A DNA stretch of 32,863 bases. Origin: Pelomyxa schiedti (lineage: Eukaryota > Protista > Evosea). Shown piece by piece: positions 32,748 to 32,863 of the stretch (its first letter is position 1; each line of letters opens with the position of its first letter). Position numbers and translations under genes: made by a program. The stretch lies in contig JAHLWZ010000988.1 in assembly GCA_020536535.1 (NCBI GenBank), positions 1 through 32,863 of the forward strand, read 5' to 3'. The notes under the pieces were generated by a model. That model was given only the letters and a program-made list of their open reading frames with translations. It was not told where the DNA came from and did not search any database.

Positions 32748-32863
32748 CGTACATTTCTTCAATTCGATCAAAGATAAATATCCTGCCTTCCTTGGGAGAG
32801 GAGGCCTCAGGATTGGGGACCTATAAAAGTGGTTAACAATGAAAACCACAGGAAATGCAAACC
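32743..32863 (-). pseudogene. Inverted partial copy of paralogue B (intron plus VPNPEASSPKEGRIFIFDRIEEMYAP), truncated at 32743 and continuing beyond the window
   Basis: 100% identity to 29514-29634 on the opposite strand; identity stops abruptly at 32742. It may be a chimeric gene copy or an assembly artefact. Confidence 0.6.

Overview
Compact, intron-rich eukaryotic genomic DNA; no rRNA, tRNA, CRISPR or transposase was recognised. A Dictyostelium-type STAT and a double-domain adenosine deaminase suggest Amoebozoa, possibly an archamoeba; this is an inference. Manual splicing gives about ten genes in order. (1) Coiled-coil/repeat/F-box protein (+). (2) Adenosine deaminase with an intact N-terminal domain fused to a catalytically dead second ADA domain (-). 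(3) Pro/Ser-rich TKL kinase with a C-terminal PQQ-type beta-propeller (+). (4) Low-complexity protein with a split chromodomain (+). (5) PPP-family phosphatase with an N-terminal extension (+). (6) Bacterial-type GH13 alpha-amylase with introns (-). (7) STAT (-). (8, 9) Two highly diverged tandem paralogues of an unrecognised protein family with degenerate AAA+-like motifs (+). (10) A weakly supported unknown gene (+). The right end shows recent rearrangement: a perfect inverted copy of part of paralogue B running off the window, joined through 5-bp microhomology to a 25-bp local direct repeat. A ~90-bp piece of the chromodomain gene is also copied between the two paralogues. The best candidate for something undescribed is this paralogue family and its duplicating locus. 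Exon boundaries and protein comparisons were made by eye, with no database searches.
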